A stretch of 64,000 nt of DNA, taken from contig JBECUI020000026.1 of assembly GCA_040954595.2 (NCBI GenBank), forward strand, positions 248,001 to 312,000. Reading direction: 5' to 3'. The DNA comes from Balanoglossus misakiensis (Eukaryota; Animalia; Hemichordata). The translations under genes and the position numbers were made by a program. The first letter of the stretch is position 1. Every line of letters begins with the position of its first letter. Positions 1 through 9,930 of this stretch are shown here, piece after piece. The notes below the pieces were generated by a model that searched no databases, was not told where the DNA came from, and saw only the letters and a list, made by a program, of their open reading frames with translations.

Positions 1-19
1 GTTTTGTTTAATTTGCTGC

Positions 20-3000
20 TTACAATTCCAGCGGTACAGTGGACACTCCATCGGCTAGCACTTTTCGTTTGATGTAGAGGTAGCTGAATCCACACTTGAG
101 TTGACGATATGTATAGAGGTGGAGTCCATGCAACCGAAATCCTCTGTTGACGACACTCTTCGGACTTTTTGACTGCAGGACATCCAGATACATTTCTTTG
201 GTGACGAGGTTAGTTTTCTTGTTGACGCCCTTGCATGAAAACTTATCCCCACTGTCGCCACCAAAACAGTAGTAACATTTACTGTTGAGCGCCACAATAC
301 CATCACCTTCCCACTCCACCTTAAACAGACCAGGGGTTCTCTTGTCATGTTGATAATGATCGGGTCGTGGAAACCACAAGTGCTTCTCGGCATTATACAC
401 TTGTTTCAACTCAGGTTTGACCATCTCCTCCAAACTTTCAGCAGCAATGGCGATATATGCAGAGTCCGTGTCCATCTCAACATACTGAAAGTCAGACCTG
501 TTGAAGAATCTGCACATAAAATCGTAGTAGAACTCGAGCATTCGCAGTTTTGCATACTGATAGACAAAGAGTCCTATCTGCATGGGCTGGTCGATGACGA
601 TTCTACGTTTGGTGGATGACACTTCATAGGTGTCACTGGACAAGTCGGTGAGTCTTCTGAAGTGTGGAGAGTTGACGAGCTTGCTTGCCTCGGCCAAACC
701 ACATATCTTCACATCAAGGTGTTTCTCCTTATTCATTAACGTTTTTCCATAGGCACTGTTGCCAAGAAGCTTCATCGTGTCCCCTAAAACAGATTTGGTG
801 GCATCTGCATCACCTTGTCTTCGAGCATCTGACACTTGCTCTCCAAATCGACGGAAACAAGCTTTTGGTGTGAACTCAAGCACCTGGTGGACTTTTTTCA
901 CCACAAGACCATGCTCCATGTACCACTTTAAAAGTGGCGTAATGATGAGGAGCCTTTCACCGTGGAGACTGCTGATCAGAGAACGACGAGGACTTCGCAG
1001 TTGGTCCCGCTCAGCTGCAAACATAAACATATGTTCACCGATATCTGACCTTGAAATTAGCGTATTCTTGAAGATGGGGCACATCTCGGAAAAATGCTCC
1101 CTCAGATGTTCAGGTACTTCGAGATCGCATTCCACCATACCAAACAGTTCACCATCCTGGACAGCGTCGATGATATGTTCTTCTGTCACCGAGTAGCACC
1201 TGTCGAAGCATCTGTTGTTTCTTTGGCGTCTGAAACTTCTCAGTTCCGCGTCTGTCTTTCGCATAGCGCGGTATTGACACTCCCAGATGGTAACAAGGTT
1301 GAAACCCATCTCTCGAATATAGTTCTCATTCTTCTGAGTCTCTCTTCTCAGTTCCTGCAAAGACTTTCCTCGTACTTCATTACACTCTCTGTCTCGGTTC
1401 AGTTCACAGTCGTGTCCATGCCAGTAACAGCCGTGAAACTGGTATACAGTGTTAGTTGACTCGCAAAATCCATCCACGGGTAGATGACGACCACCAAGAC
1501 GTCTTTCTCGTCCATTCCCTTTGTGTCGGATGATAAGGTTGTCTTTGTCTGCTACAAAGTCGAGCCACTCAGTGGCCATAGGTTCGGATATGGTCCGTTT
1601 GAAACCTTCCTCAGCTTTTCTGCGAACGTAGTATCCGGTTGGCATGTCCTGCATGAGGGCCCAAAGGTAGAGTGCATTGGCATCATATCCGACGACACGT
1701 CTGCAAGTTTTATTATTTCTGATGTAGGTTTTACCCGCTTCGTGGTACCGATGGAAAATAATGCTTGGGCCTCCAATGATGTTGGACTTGAAGGTCTCGT
1801 ACAAGTCCTTGTCGCGTTCATTGATAAGACTGAAGGAAACGTCGGCAGGCAGTTGTTTGAACAAATAGCGCATTGTTATGCCCGGTAAAGAGATGGCATC
1901 TTTAAAGGGATCCACTCTTCTCTCGCGATAAAACTGATACATGTTGTTGATGGCATCTAGAAATGGCTGCACGTCGGCATTGTTGTACCATGTCAGGAAA
2001 TCCCTGAATGTGGTCATTCGCCGCGTCTCCCACACCCTCTGACAGAACTGGTATTCTTCCATACTTATATTGACTGCCTTCAGAGTACTGTAGAATGCAT
2101 CATGCGGTGGAAGTGATGTGCAGTCCAGCTTTGCCAGAGAATCCATCCATTCATACGGGAAGAAACCCTTCTCCGCAGTGGCATTGTACGCTTTCAAAAA
2201 CTGACTGTAACTGCAGCCATGAGAAATATAGTTTGAGATGTCCAGAAATCGAAGTGACTCTGTCTCCAGAGTCAAGTAATCTGCAGACCGCTTGATGACA
2301 AACCGCACTGTACCTTGTCGCAAGAGCTCTGGCCACAGATATGCTTTGGCTGCATTCAGATCGTATCGGCCGGAGTTAAAGCCAAGAACAGGCAACTGCT
2401 TGAGGTAGTTCATCAAGCGGGATTTCAGTCGGCCGAGTGGGTGTTCTTCATCTTCCTCGCCTCTTTCCTTTACAATTCTTTCGTCCAGCCGGGTAAAGAC
2501 ATCTTTAAATTTTTCTTTCAACATGTTGAAGCAATGGTCGCTGATCGTTTGAAGATAGCTGAGCATTTCACTGACTAGGTCTTGTGGATTTCCGCTGGAG
2601 ATGAAACATCTAGGGGCTTCATACGGTGGAACATTACTGCAAACACTCACGCTCAGTAGCTCATGTTTTGTTTCCAGACGAAGTTTTGGGGCATGGTTAG
2701 GTGGTAAGTCATCTGTACTCAGATAACATTCAAAGTCGAATGTGGCTCTGTAAGGATAATAACGCCAGTCTTCCGGCACATCGATTCCCACATCAGCCAG
2801 AGCTTCGAACACAGTTGGGTTCAGCTGGTACGTACCTCCAGGGAACTTTTTCGTCGTTTCAGTCGAGCATATCTTCTCGTGCTTGTTGAGGTTTTTAAAT
2901 CGATCAAACAATTTACCGCAATGGGAACATTTGTACGATTGCGCATAGTGGTCAAAGTCCTTGACAAACGAAAAGTAACCTTGGTGATGGTTGACGTACA

Positions 3001-4681
3001 TGGTGTTACTGTGTTTTCCCACAGATTTCACAACGTGTTTGACGACCCTTTCCGATCGTGAACCACCATCTCCTCCTACAAAAAGTTCACAAACCTCTAT
3101 ATTGATCGAAAACATCGATTCTAAGTCAGGTAAATCACCAAATGATACGCCCTGGAACGGAGTGTCAAGAGTTTGTCCTCTATGGGCAACATACTGTCGG
3201 CTGTAATTTTTTGCGGCAACTTCAAGATTTCGCTCTGTATAGCCCTTAGCTAAGGCGAGGCAGCGGAAAAAACATAGGTTGTCTTCATACGGTTGAGCTG
3301 TGTGGGGGCAGAGAAGTAACGGTGCCACACTTCGACATGTCGTCACACAGTCGGGTAAAACAACATCAGTGCAGCCGATGTAATGTTTTGGTATCTTAAC
3401 AACGTATACCGTCACATTTGTGATCAAACTCACACCCCATTTCGTGTCTGACCTGTGCAGCTTCATGTGCTCAGGAATGTCGACGTCTCCCAGGTGGGTC
3501 ATAAGGCTCGCCAGGTCACGGTGATTTCGGATCAAGACGGGTGAATCCAACAGGTGGTTGTTGTGTGATGGATAAAAGTACCTCACTGCGCCCGTCTCCA
3601 CATGTTGCATCAAAAAACCAAGTGATAGGTTGACTTTATATTGATTGGTCTGACGCCCATGGACGGTGTAAAGATACCTCTGCAATTGCTCCCGTTGGAA
3701 TCCTCCGGACGTTCTGAAGTTGTACACGTCTAACAACGGATTTCCCTCACGATGTCTCGATCGTATGTGAGACCAGTTTGCCCGATACACAGCTCGAACA
3801 TCAGAATCATCATTATCGTCATCAAACACCGGTTCCAGTGGATCGACGGGTAGTGAGTCAGAAGAGGAAGTCTCTTCGGTACTGCTACTTCTCTTGTCAT
3901 CACCACGACCGCCGACTTGTACCACTGTTGCAATATTTTCATCGGCGGACGAAGAGGAGGAAGAAGATGATGATGATGAAGAAGAAGAACTGGATGCATC
4001 TTGCTGATGGCTGTGGCTGTGTGTTTTAAGTGCCTGAAACGATCTGAATCGTCTGCGGCATCTGGCACATTTGAACGAAACATTACGAGATAATTTTTTG
4101 TGCACTTTTAGATGAGCGGTGTACATTGATTTTCTCGTAAAGGTCATGTCGCATATATCACATTCAATTCTGTGGGTGGATGGTCGATGGCAGACATTTT
4201 CGTGTCGCTTCGAGTTATCTTTTCGCTTGAAGGACCGAGAGCACATATTGCAGGTGTGCTCTCGTTCGGCGTTGTCCCCGTGTACTGTTTGCAAATGGCG
4301 TTTTAAGTTAACTGCCCTATTTGAACGGTACTCGCAGTTGGGGCAGGCAAACTGCTTATTTTCTGTGTGGAAATGGCGTTTTAAGTTATCTGCCCTATTT
4401 GAACGGTACTCGCAGTTGGGGCAGGCAAACTGCTTATTTTCTGTGTGGATTATGATGTGACGTTTTAAATTTTTACGTTGTAGAAAACATTTGTCACAGT
4501 GAGGACATTGCAGATGGGAATTATTATTATTATTATTACCGATCTCCCTGAGAGCTTGCATAAACTCAGGTGAGGGCTGATGTTTGGTCGACTTTGAAGG
4601 ATCTGGCATAATTCTGAAAATAATCAAATACACAATTACAAACATAACTGTATCATCATACATGCATGCATGTACATACAT
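20..4681 (-). CDS. polB: Protein-primed family B DNA polymerase (Polinton/Maverick/adintovirus type) with N-terminal C2H2 zinc fingers and an internal VSR-like nuclease domain; main exon probably 4613-20
   Basis: 1553-aa stop-free ORF. Motifs: ExoI FDFE, ExoII GFNSGRYD, KGFFPYE, ExoIII YNNADV, motif A YDANALY, motif B KLLGNSAYGK, motif C EMDTDS, and KCY/KGV. There are 6 CxxC..HxxxH/C fingers at the N-terminus plus one internal finger. An insert VDGFC..YQFHGCYWHGH..IWEC lies between motifs A and B. Confidence 0.95.
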   Translation of the reverse strand: MYVHACMYDDTVMFVIVYLIIFRIMPDPSKSTKHQPSPEFMQALREIGNNNNNNSHLQCPHCDKCFLQRKNLKRHIIIHTENKQFACPNCEYRSNRADNLKRHFHTENKQFACPNCEYRSNRAVNLKRHLQTVHGDNAEREHTCNMCSRSFKRKDNSKRHENVCHRPSTHRIECDICDMTFTRKSMYTAHLKVHKKLSRNVSFKCARCRRRFRSFQALKTHSHSHQQDASSSSSSSSSSSSSSSSADENIATVVQVGGRGDDKRSSSTEETSSSDSLPVDPLEPVFDDDNDDSDVRAVYRANWSHIRSRHREGNPLLDVYNFRTSGGFQREQLQRYLYTVHGRQTNQYKVNLSLGFLMQHVETGAVRYFYPSHNNHLLDSPVLIRNHRDLASLMTHLGDVDIPEHMKLHRSDTKWGVSLITNVTVYVVKIPKHYIGCTDVVLPDCVTTCRSVAPLLLCPHTAQPYEDNLCFFRCLALAKGYTERNLEVAAKNYSRQYVAHRGQTLDTPFQGVSFGDLPDLESMFSINIEVCELFVGGDGGSRSERVVKHVVKSVGKHSNTMYVNHHQGYFSFVKDFDHYAQSYKCSHCGKLFDRFKNLNKHEKICSTETTKKFPGGTYQLNPTVFEALADVGIDVPEDWRYYPYRATFDFECYLSTDDLPPNHAPKLRLETKHELLSVSVCSNVPPYEAPRCFISSGNPQDLVSEMLSYLQTISDHCFNMLKEKFKDVFTRLDERIVKERGEEDEEHPLGRLKSRLMNYLKQLPVLGFNSGRYDLNAAKAYLWPELLRQGTVRFVIKRSADYLTLETESLRFLDISNYISHGCSYSQFLKAYNATAEKGFFPYEWMDSLAKLDCTSLPPHDAFYSTLKAVNISMEEYQFCQRVWETRRMTTFRDFLTWYNNADVQPFLDAINNMYQFYRERRVDPFKDAISLPGITMRYLFKQLPADVSFSLINERDKDLYETFKSNIIGGPSIIFHRYHEAGKTYIRNNKTCRRVVGYDANALYLWALMQDMPTGYYVRRKAEEGFKRTISEPMATEWLDFVADKDNLIIRHKGNGRERRLGGRHLPVDGFCESTNTVYQFHGCYWHGHDCELNRDRECNEVRGKSLQELRRETQKNENYIREMGFNLVTIWECQYRAMRKTDAELRSFRRQRNNRCFDRCYSVTEEHIIDAVQDGELFGMVECDLEVPEHLREHFSEMCPIFKNTLISRSDIGEHMFMFAAERDQLRSPRRSLISSLHGERLLIITPLLKWYMEHGLVVKKVHQVLEFTPKACFRRFGEQVSDARRQGDADATKSVLGDTMKLLGNSAYGKTLMNKEKHLDVKICGLAEASKLVNSPHFRRLTDLSSDTYEVSSTKRRIVIDQPMQIGLFVYQYAKLRMLEFYYDFMCRFFNRSDFQYVEMDTDSAYIAIAAESLEEMVKPELKQVYNAEKHLWFPRPDHYQHDKRTPGLFKVEWEGDGIVALNSKCYYCFGGDSGDKFSCKGVNKKTNLVTKEMYLDVLQSKSPKSVVNRGFRLHGLHLYTYRQLKCGFSYLYIKRKVLADGVSTVPLEL
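4297..4447 (-). repeat. 75-bp tandem duplication of one zinc finger within polB
   Basis: HTENKQFACPNCEYRSNRA(D/V)NLKRH occurs twice and is nearly identical at DNA level. Confidence 0.9.
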
Positions 4682-4725
4682 TCATACATTGTAAGGGCGG
4701 TGAAGTTCAATAATAATCATTTTAC

Positions 4726-4788
4726 CTATATCTCTTGGATGATGAGGCACCCGTATCCTGTCTTTCCATTTCTTCTTCCCCGGTGTCC
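4726..4788 (-). CDS. Predicted polB exon 4 (63 nt, DTGEEEMERQDTGASSSKRYR)
   Basis: Minus-strand acceptor TTTAATAG| and donor AG|GTAAAA. Phase 2-2; joins in frame to acceptor TTTTCAG| at 4614/4613. Confidence 0.7.
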   Translation of the reverse strand, partial: GHRGRRNGKTGYGCLIIQEI

Positions 4789-5088
4789 CTATTAAACGAA
4801 AATGATAGATAAGAAGAAGAAAAAAGTACAAATATTCTTCGTTTCTATTAAATTAATTGTTCTAAAGAAAGAAAGGTAAAACTTACCCGATTACGTTTGG
4901 ATGCGGGGATGATGAGGCACCCGTATCCTGTCTTTCCATTTCTTCTTCCCCGGTGTCCCTATTAAACGAAAATGATAGATAAGAAGAAAAAAAAAGTACA
5001 AATATTCTTCGTTTCTATTAAATTAATTGTTCTAAAGAAAGAAAGAAAGAAAGAAAGGTAAAACTTACCCGATTACGTTTGGATGCGG
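4738..5088. repeat. Two-copy tandem repeat of ~170-180 bp (exon+intron unit)
   Basis: ggatgatgaggcacccgtatcc...gattacgtttggatgcgg occurs twice; copies differ only in the A-tract and (GAAA)n length. Confidence 0.95.
4887..4958 (-). CDS. Predicted polB exon 3 (72 nt, symmetric, produced by tandem duplication)
   Basis: Acceptor TTTAATAG|, donor GG|GTAAGT, open frame, phase 2-2. Confidence 0.7.
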
Positions 5089-5142
5089 TGCAATCAAATT
5101 GTGATGCTGTGACTCACTCCCTGCAGCGAGTTCATGCTGATC
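5069..5142 (-). CDS. Predicted polB exon 2 (74 nt, DQHELAAGSESQHHNLIAPHPNVIG)
   Basis: Acceptor TTCCTTGTAATAG|, donor GG|GTAAGT, open frame, phase 0-2. Confidence 0.65.
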
Positions 5143-5450
5143 CTATTACAAGGAAACGCATACGTGTGTATAAGGTTAAACACGACCATCAAGTACAGAA
5201 AACATCTCACTTTTAACTGCTAATGTGTGATGAAATTTAACCCATCTGGCAAACAGGCACGCGTCATACACGTGAGTGTCCTACATGAGGAATGAATGGG
5301 GAACAATATAGTAACATTGTGACGATGTGCTGATTTAAATAACAAAGGCGTGTTAATTGGAATCCGTGCGTAACAGTGCCGTGTATACTGGCCCAGCGAC
5401 ACTACGAGTAGTGCGCGGATGTTCACCCACGATCGTTTTGAGGCAAAAAT

Positions 5451-5489
<39 letters not shown>

Positions 5490-5947
5490 AATGTTGACAT
5501 TGATCTAGCATTTAATAAGATTATACAAACACATTGGGTTATTAAACCTTTCATTAACAATGAGTCGGAGATTTTGTAAACCTGAATCGAACATATTTCG
5601 ATGCCAGAGTGTGTTGAACAGAGCGACACTATGTGCTTTACCTGTGTACTGTATGTACGACCCCGGCCGGCATATCAATCGACAACATACAGTGAAATAT
5701 CCACCTTTCATACAGGAGCTGTTTTTTTAACATGTTTATACCAATTTAATTTACACCCGTAAATTTAATTTAAAATTTCTAACATATTTTAGTTTATGAT
5801 TTCAATTCATTGGCGTATTTTGGTGGAGAAATCCACGCCAATGTCAATTCGGACATGACGCAGACGACAGTTCCATACACAGGGCGCGAATTACACTGTG
5901 CGCGATCGAGTGACTACGATAACATTTATTTTACATGAAAAACTTAC

Positions 5948-6046
5948 CTGGCTATGTTCGGTTTCTTCCCTCGCATTCCCACGCTCAAGACTTAAAATTT
6001 CCTGCCACTGACTGGCCGAAAACTCGGGAGAACTGTCCCAGCTCAT
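5948..6046 (-). CDS. Predicted polB exon 1 (99 nt, MSWDSSPEFSASQWQEILSLERGNAREETEHSQ)
   Basis: ACAATGA start context, 33 open codons, and a consensus CAG|GTAAGT phase-0 donor matching exon 2. Confidence 0.6.
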
Positions 6047-6169
6047 TGTAGTCAACAGAATACAATGTCGTGAAATAGTGTACCGAAAGAATAAATGGTA
6101 TTAATCGGTAGATGGCGCACTTCGATAATCATGGTATGGTATACAAATGAAGAGATCGGACCAGCCGGA

Positions 6170-6575
6170 AATACCTGCCTCCGCCTCCTCCCAACATTTA
6201 GGGTTCCTTACCTTAGGGGGTGATACACCTCCGCCTCTCATCGCCTCCTCTGCCTCCTCCCAACATTTAGGGTTGTCTACCTCATGGGTGATAGGCCTCC
6301 TTCGCCTCTCATCACCTCCTCCCAACATCACCTCCACTGCCTCCTCTGCCTCCTCCCAACATCATGCTTTGCAGAAAGTCCACCAATCAAAGCACGTTCC
6401 ATATATACTTAGCCATATCTCAATTTTCCACCAACTTAGGGGACCATGTCTGCCTCCTCCTCCTCCTCAGCTCCTCCTCCTCCTCAGCTCCTCCTCCTCC
6501 TCCTCAGCTCCTCTTCCTCCTCCTCCTCCTCCTCCTCCTCCTCCTCCTCCTCCTCCTCCTCCTCCTCCTCCTCCT
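6170..6575. repeat. Subterminal cctcctcccaacat repeats and terminal (CCT)n tract; putative Polinton TIR
   Basis: Four cctcctcccaacat motifs at 6185-6362, then degenerate and finally pure (CCT)n of about 20 units ending at 6575. Confidence 0.7.
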
Positions 6576-6622
6576 CGTTCCTGTCTTCTAAGGATTGTTG
6601 AACTTTAATTCATGCAGTTTGT

Positions 6623-7162
6623 TGTTACGGCCGGTCGTCCTCCGGACGTTTACTTCATCGGCTTCTGTGGGGAATCAGCCACGTCCGAAAGCTGACGGCG
6701 TACATTCTCTCCATCTCCTTCTCCACCCAACATATTCATAAAGTCCGAGAGAGGTACCCGGCAGATCGTAAACCTTTCGTAGACAGAGACTTGCAAGAAG
6801 TTTTCCGAGTAACACAAAGTTCTGGTTTATTACTGGTCACACGTAAGAATTACACGACTCGATCCATGCTCGTTGACTCCCATCACGGATCTCCGGTGAT
6901 AAATGTGTGATCTCAAATTTCACCACACCTTATTAATACGTTAGTCAAGTATTAAGTCATAAAAGGAACACGTCATCTTGATATTTCTTAAACATGAACT
7001 TAGCGCGTGATATCTCTATCTCGTTCTGACATGTATCAATTACACAATCTTGTTTACTCTGGGTCAAGTACCAATGTCAATACTGGACTAAAACCATATA
7101 AGTGAATGACTTCTTACGTAATCATAAACAAGATCTATGATCGTTAAAACTCAATCGTGACA
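6623..7162 (-). mobile_element. Probable solo LTR (second copy at 54195-54734)
   Basis: TGTTACG...CGTGACA termini, flanks tttgt/cttgt (5-bp TSD with one mismatch), AATAAA on the minus strand near 6827, length 540 bp. Confidence 0.55.
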
Positions 7163-7467
7163 CTTGTATTACCGCTGGTTTCTCATGATTGTTCATGCAT
7201 CGGGGAATCTGTAGCGATGAGGTAACGGGCTCTGACGAGAACCGTGATCCACGGAGAAACGAATCTGATTTACGTTCATTTATTGTCCGGAATTATTATA
7301 GTACATCAAATACGCCCAGTAAAGTACATGAGGAAGGGAACGAGCTCAGTAGCCTGAGGTACTCCCATCTCCCGTTAGATTATTCTCCCCTAACTTTGGA
7401 AACAAAGTTCTCTTATAATTACTTTTCTCAAGGCGTGGTTAACCATGTAAAATATCACAAATACATG

Positions 7468-9930
7468 TAGTGGCCAGTGTCGTGCCCATTAATTTTGAGT
7501 GTTTGGTGGGGTCAACCTTTGCGTCAACATTGATTAACCAGGCCATGCAGAGCTAGTGGCCAGTGTCGTGCCCATTAATTTTGAGTGTTTGGTGGGGTCA
7601 ACCTTTGCGTCAACATTGATTAACCAGGCCATGCAGAGCTAGTGGCCAGTGTCGTGCCCATTAATTTTGAGTGTTTGGTGGGGTCAACCTTTGCGTCAAC
7701 ATTGATTAACCATGCCATGCAGAGCTAGTAGCCAGTGTCGTGCCCATTAATTTTGAGTGTTTGGTGGGGTCAACCTTTGCGTCAACATTGATTAACCAGG
7801 CCATGCAGAGCTAGTGGCCAGTGTCGTGCCCATTAATTTTGAGTGTTTGGTGGGGTCAACCTTTGCGTCAACATTGATTAACCAGGCCAGAGCTTAGTGG
7901 CCAGTGTCGTGCCCATCAATTTTGAGTGTTTGGTGGGGTCAACCCTTGCGTCAACCTTGATTAGCCAGGCCAGAGCTTAGTGGCCAGTGTCGCGCCCATT
8001 AATTTTGAGTGTTTGGTGGGGTCAACCCTTGCGTCAACCTGGATTAGCCAGGCCAGAGCTAGTGGCCAGTGTCGTGCCCATCAATTTTGAGTGTTTGGTG
8101 GGGTCAACCCTTGCGTCAACATTGATTAGCCAGGCCAGAGCTAGTGGCCAGTGTCGTGCCCATCAATTTTGAGTGTTTGGTGGGGTCAACCCTTGCGTCA
8201 ACCTTGATTAGCCAGGCCAGAGCTAGTGGCCAGTGTCGTGCCCATCAATTATGAGTGTTTGGTGGGGTCAACCCTTGCGTCAACCTTGATTAGCCAGGCC
8301 AGAGCTTAGTGGCCAGTGTCGTGCCCATCAATTTTGAGTGTTTGGTGGGGTCAACCCTTGCGTCAACATTGATTAGCCAGGCCAGAGCTAGTGGCCAGTG
8401 TCGTGCCCATCAATTATGAGTGTTTGGTGGGGTCAACCCTTGCGTCAACATTGATTAGCCAGGCCAGAGCTTAGTGGCCAGTGTTGCGCCCATTAATTTT
8501 GAGTGTTTGGTGGGGTCAACCCTTGCGTCAACCTTGATTAGCCAGGCCAGAGCTAGTGGCCAGTGTCGTGCCCATCAATTTTGAGTGTTTGGTGGGGTCA
8601 ACCTTTGCGTCAACCTTGATTAGCCAGGCCAGAGCTAGTGGCCAGTGTCGTGCCCATCAATTTTGAGTGTTTGGTGGGGTCAACCCTTGCATCAACATTG
8701 ATTAGCCAGGCCAGAGCTAGTGGCCAGTGTCGCGCCCATTAAGTTTGAGTGTTTGGTGGGGTCAACCTTTGCGTCAACCTTGATTAGCCAGGCCATGCAG
8801 AGCTAGGGGCCAGTGGCGTGCCCATCAATTTTGAGTGTTTGGTGGGGTCAACCTTTGCGTCAACCTTGATTAGCCAGGCCATGCAGAGCTAGTGGCCAGT
8901 GTCGTGCCCATCAATTTTGAGTGTTTGGTGGGGTCAACCTTTGCGTCAACCTTGATTAGCCAGGCCATGCAGAGCTAGTGGCCAGTGTCGTGCCCATCAA
9001 TTTTGAGTGTTTGGTGGGGTCAACCTTTGTGTCAACCTTGATTAGCCAGGCCATGCAGAGCTAGTGGCCAGTGTCGTGCCCATCAATTTTGAGTGTTTGG
9101 TGGGGTCAACCTTTGCGTCAACCTTGATTAAACAGGTCATGCAGAGCTAGTGGTCAGTGTCGTGCCCATCAATTTTGAGTGTTTGGAGGGGTCAACCTTT
9201 GCGTCAACCTTGATTAACCAGGCCATGCAGAGCTAGTGGCCAGTGTCGTGCCCATCAATTTTGAGTGTTTGGTGGGGTCAACCTTTGCGTCAACATTGAT
9301 TAACCAGGCCATGCAGAGCTAGTGGCCAGTGTCGTGCCCATCAATTTTGAGTGTTTGGTGGGGTCAACCTTTGCGTCAACATTGATTAACCAGGCCATGC
9401 AGAGCTACATTGTAGTGGCCAGTGTCGTGCCCATCAATTTTGAGTGTTTGGTGGGGTCAACCTTTGCGTCAACATTGATTAACCAGGCCATGCAGAGCTA
9501 GTGGCCAGTGTCGTGCCCATCAATTTTGAGTGTTTGGTGGGGTCAACCTTTGCGTCAACATTGATTAACCAGGCCATGCAGAGCTAGTGGCCAGTGTCGT
9601 GCCCATCAATTTTGAGTGTTTGGTGGGGTCAACCTTTGCGTCAACATTGATTAACCAGGCCATGCAGAGCTAGTGGCCAGTGTCGTGCCCATCAATTTTG
9701 AGTGTTTGGTGGGGTCAACCTTTGCGTCAACATTGATTAACCAGGCCATGCAGAGCTAGTGGCCAGTGTCGTGCCCATCAATTTTGAGTGTTTGGTGGGG
9801 TCAACCTTTGCGTCAACATTGATTAACCAGGCCATGCAGAGCTAGTGGCCAGTGTCGTGCCCATTAATTTTGAGTGTTTGGTACTGTCAACCTTTGCGTC
9901 AACATTGATTAACCAGGCCATGCAGAGCTA
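7468..9930 (+). repeat. 86-bp (82/83-bp variants) tandem minisatellite, about 29 units
   Basis: Unit agtggccagtgtcgtgcccatYaattttgagtgtttggtggggtcaaccYttgcgtcaacMttgattaRccaggcc(atgc)agagct; no spacers. Confidence 0.98.

Larger units (their letters stand above)
1..6575 (-). mobile_element. Polinton/Maverick-like element, one end only (continues left of the window)
   Basis: Carries pPolB. Ends ...CCTCCT at 6575 (5'-AG on the minus strand, as in Polinton termini), exactly where identity with the duplicate at 54148 begins. Integrase, capsid and ATPase genes are not visible in the window. Confidence 0.75.

Noticed and set aside
55-4460. Short ORFs overlapping polB on both strands
   Set aside because: Shadow frames of the long CDS with no recognisable motifs.
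4614-4681. ORF-track start MYVHACMYDD... of polB
   Set aside because: AT-rich sequence ending in a TTTTCAG acceptor; better explained as intron.
5641-5705. Additional polB exon (donor-like CAG|GTAAAG)
   Set aside because: The required phase-0 frame contains a TGA and the acceptor is weak.
6101-6608. Poly-Pro/poly-Leu ORFs
   Set aside because: They are translations of the (CCT)n tract.
7468-9930. CRISPR-like array
   Set aside because: Units are contiguous near-identical repeats with no unique spacers, there are no cas genes, and the context is eukaryotic.
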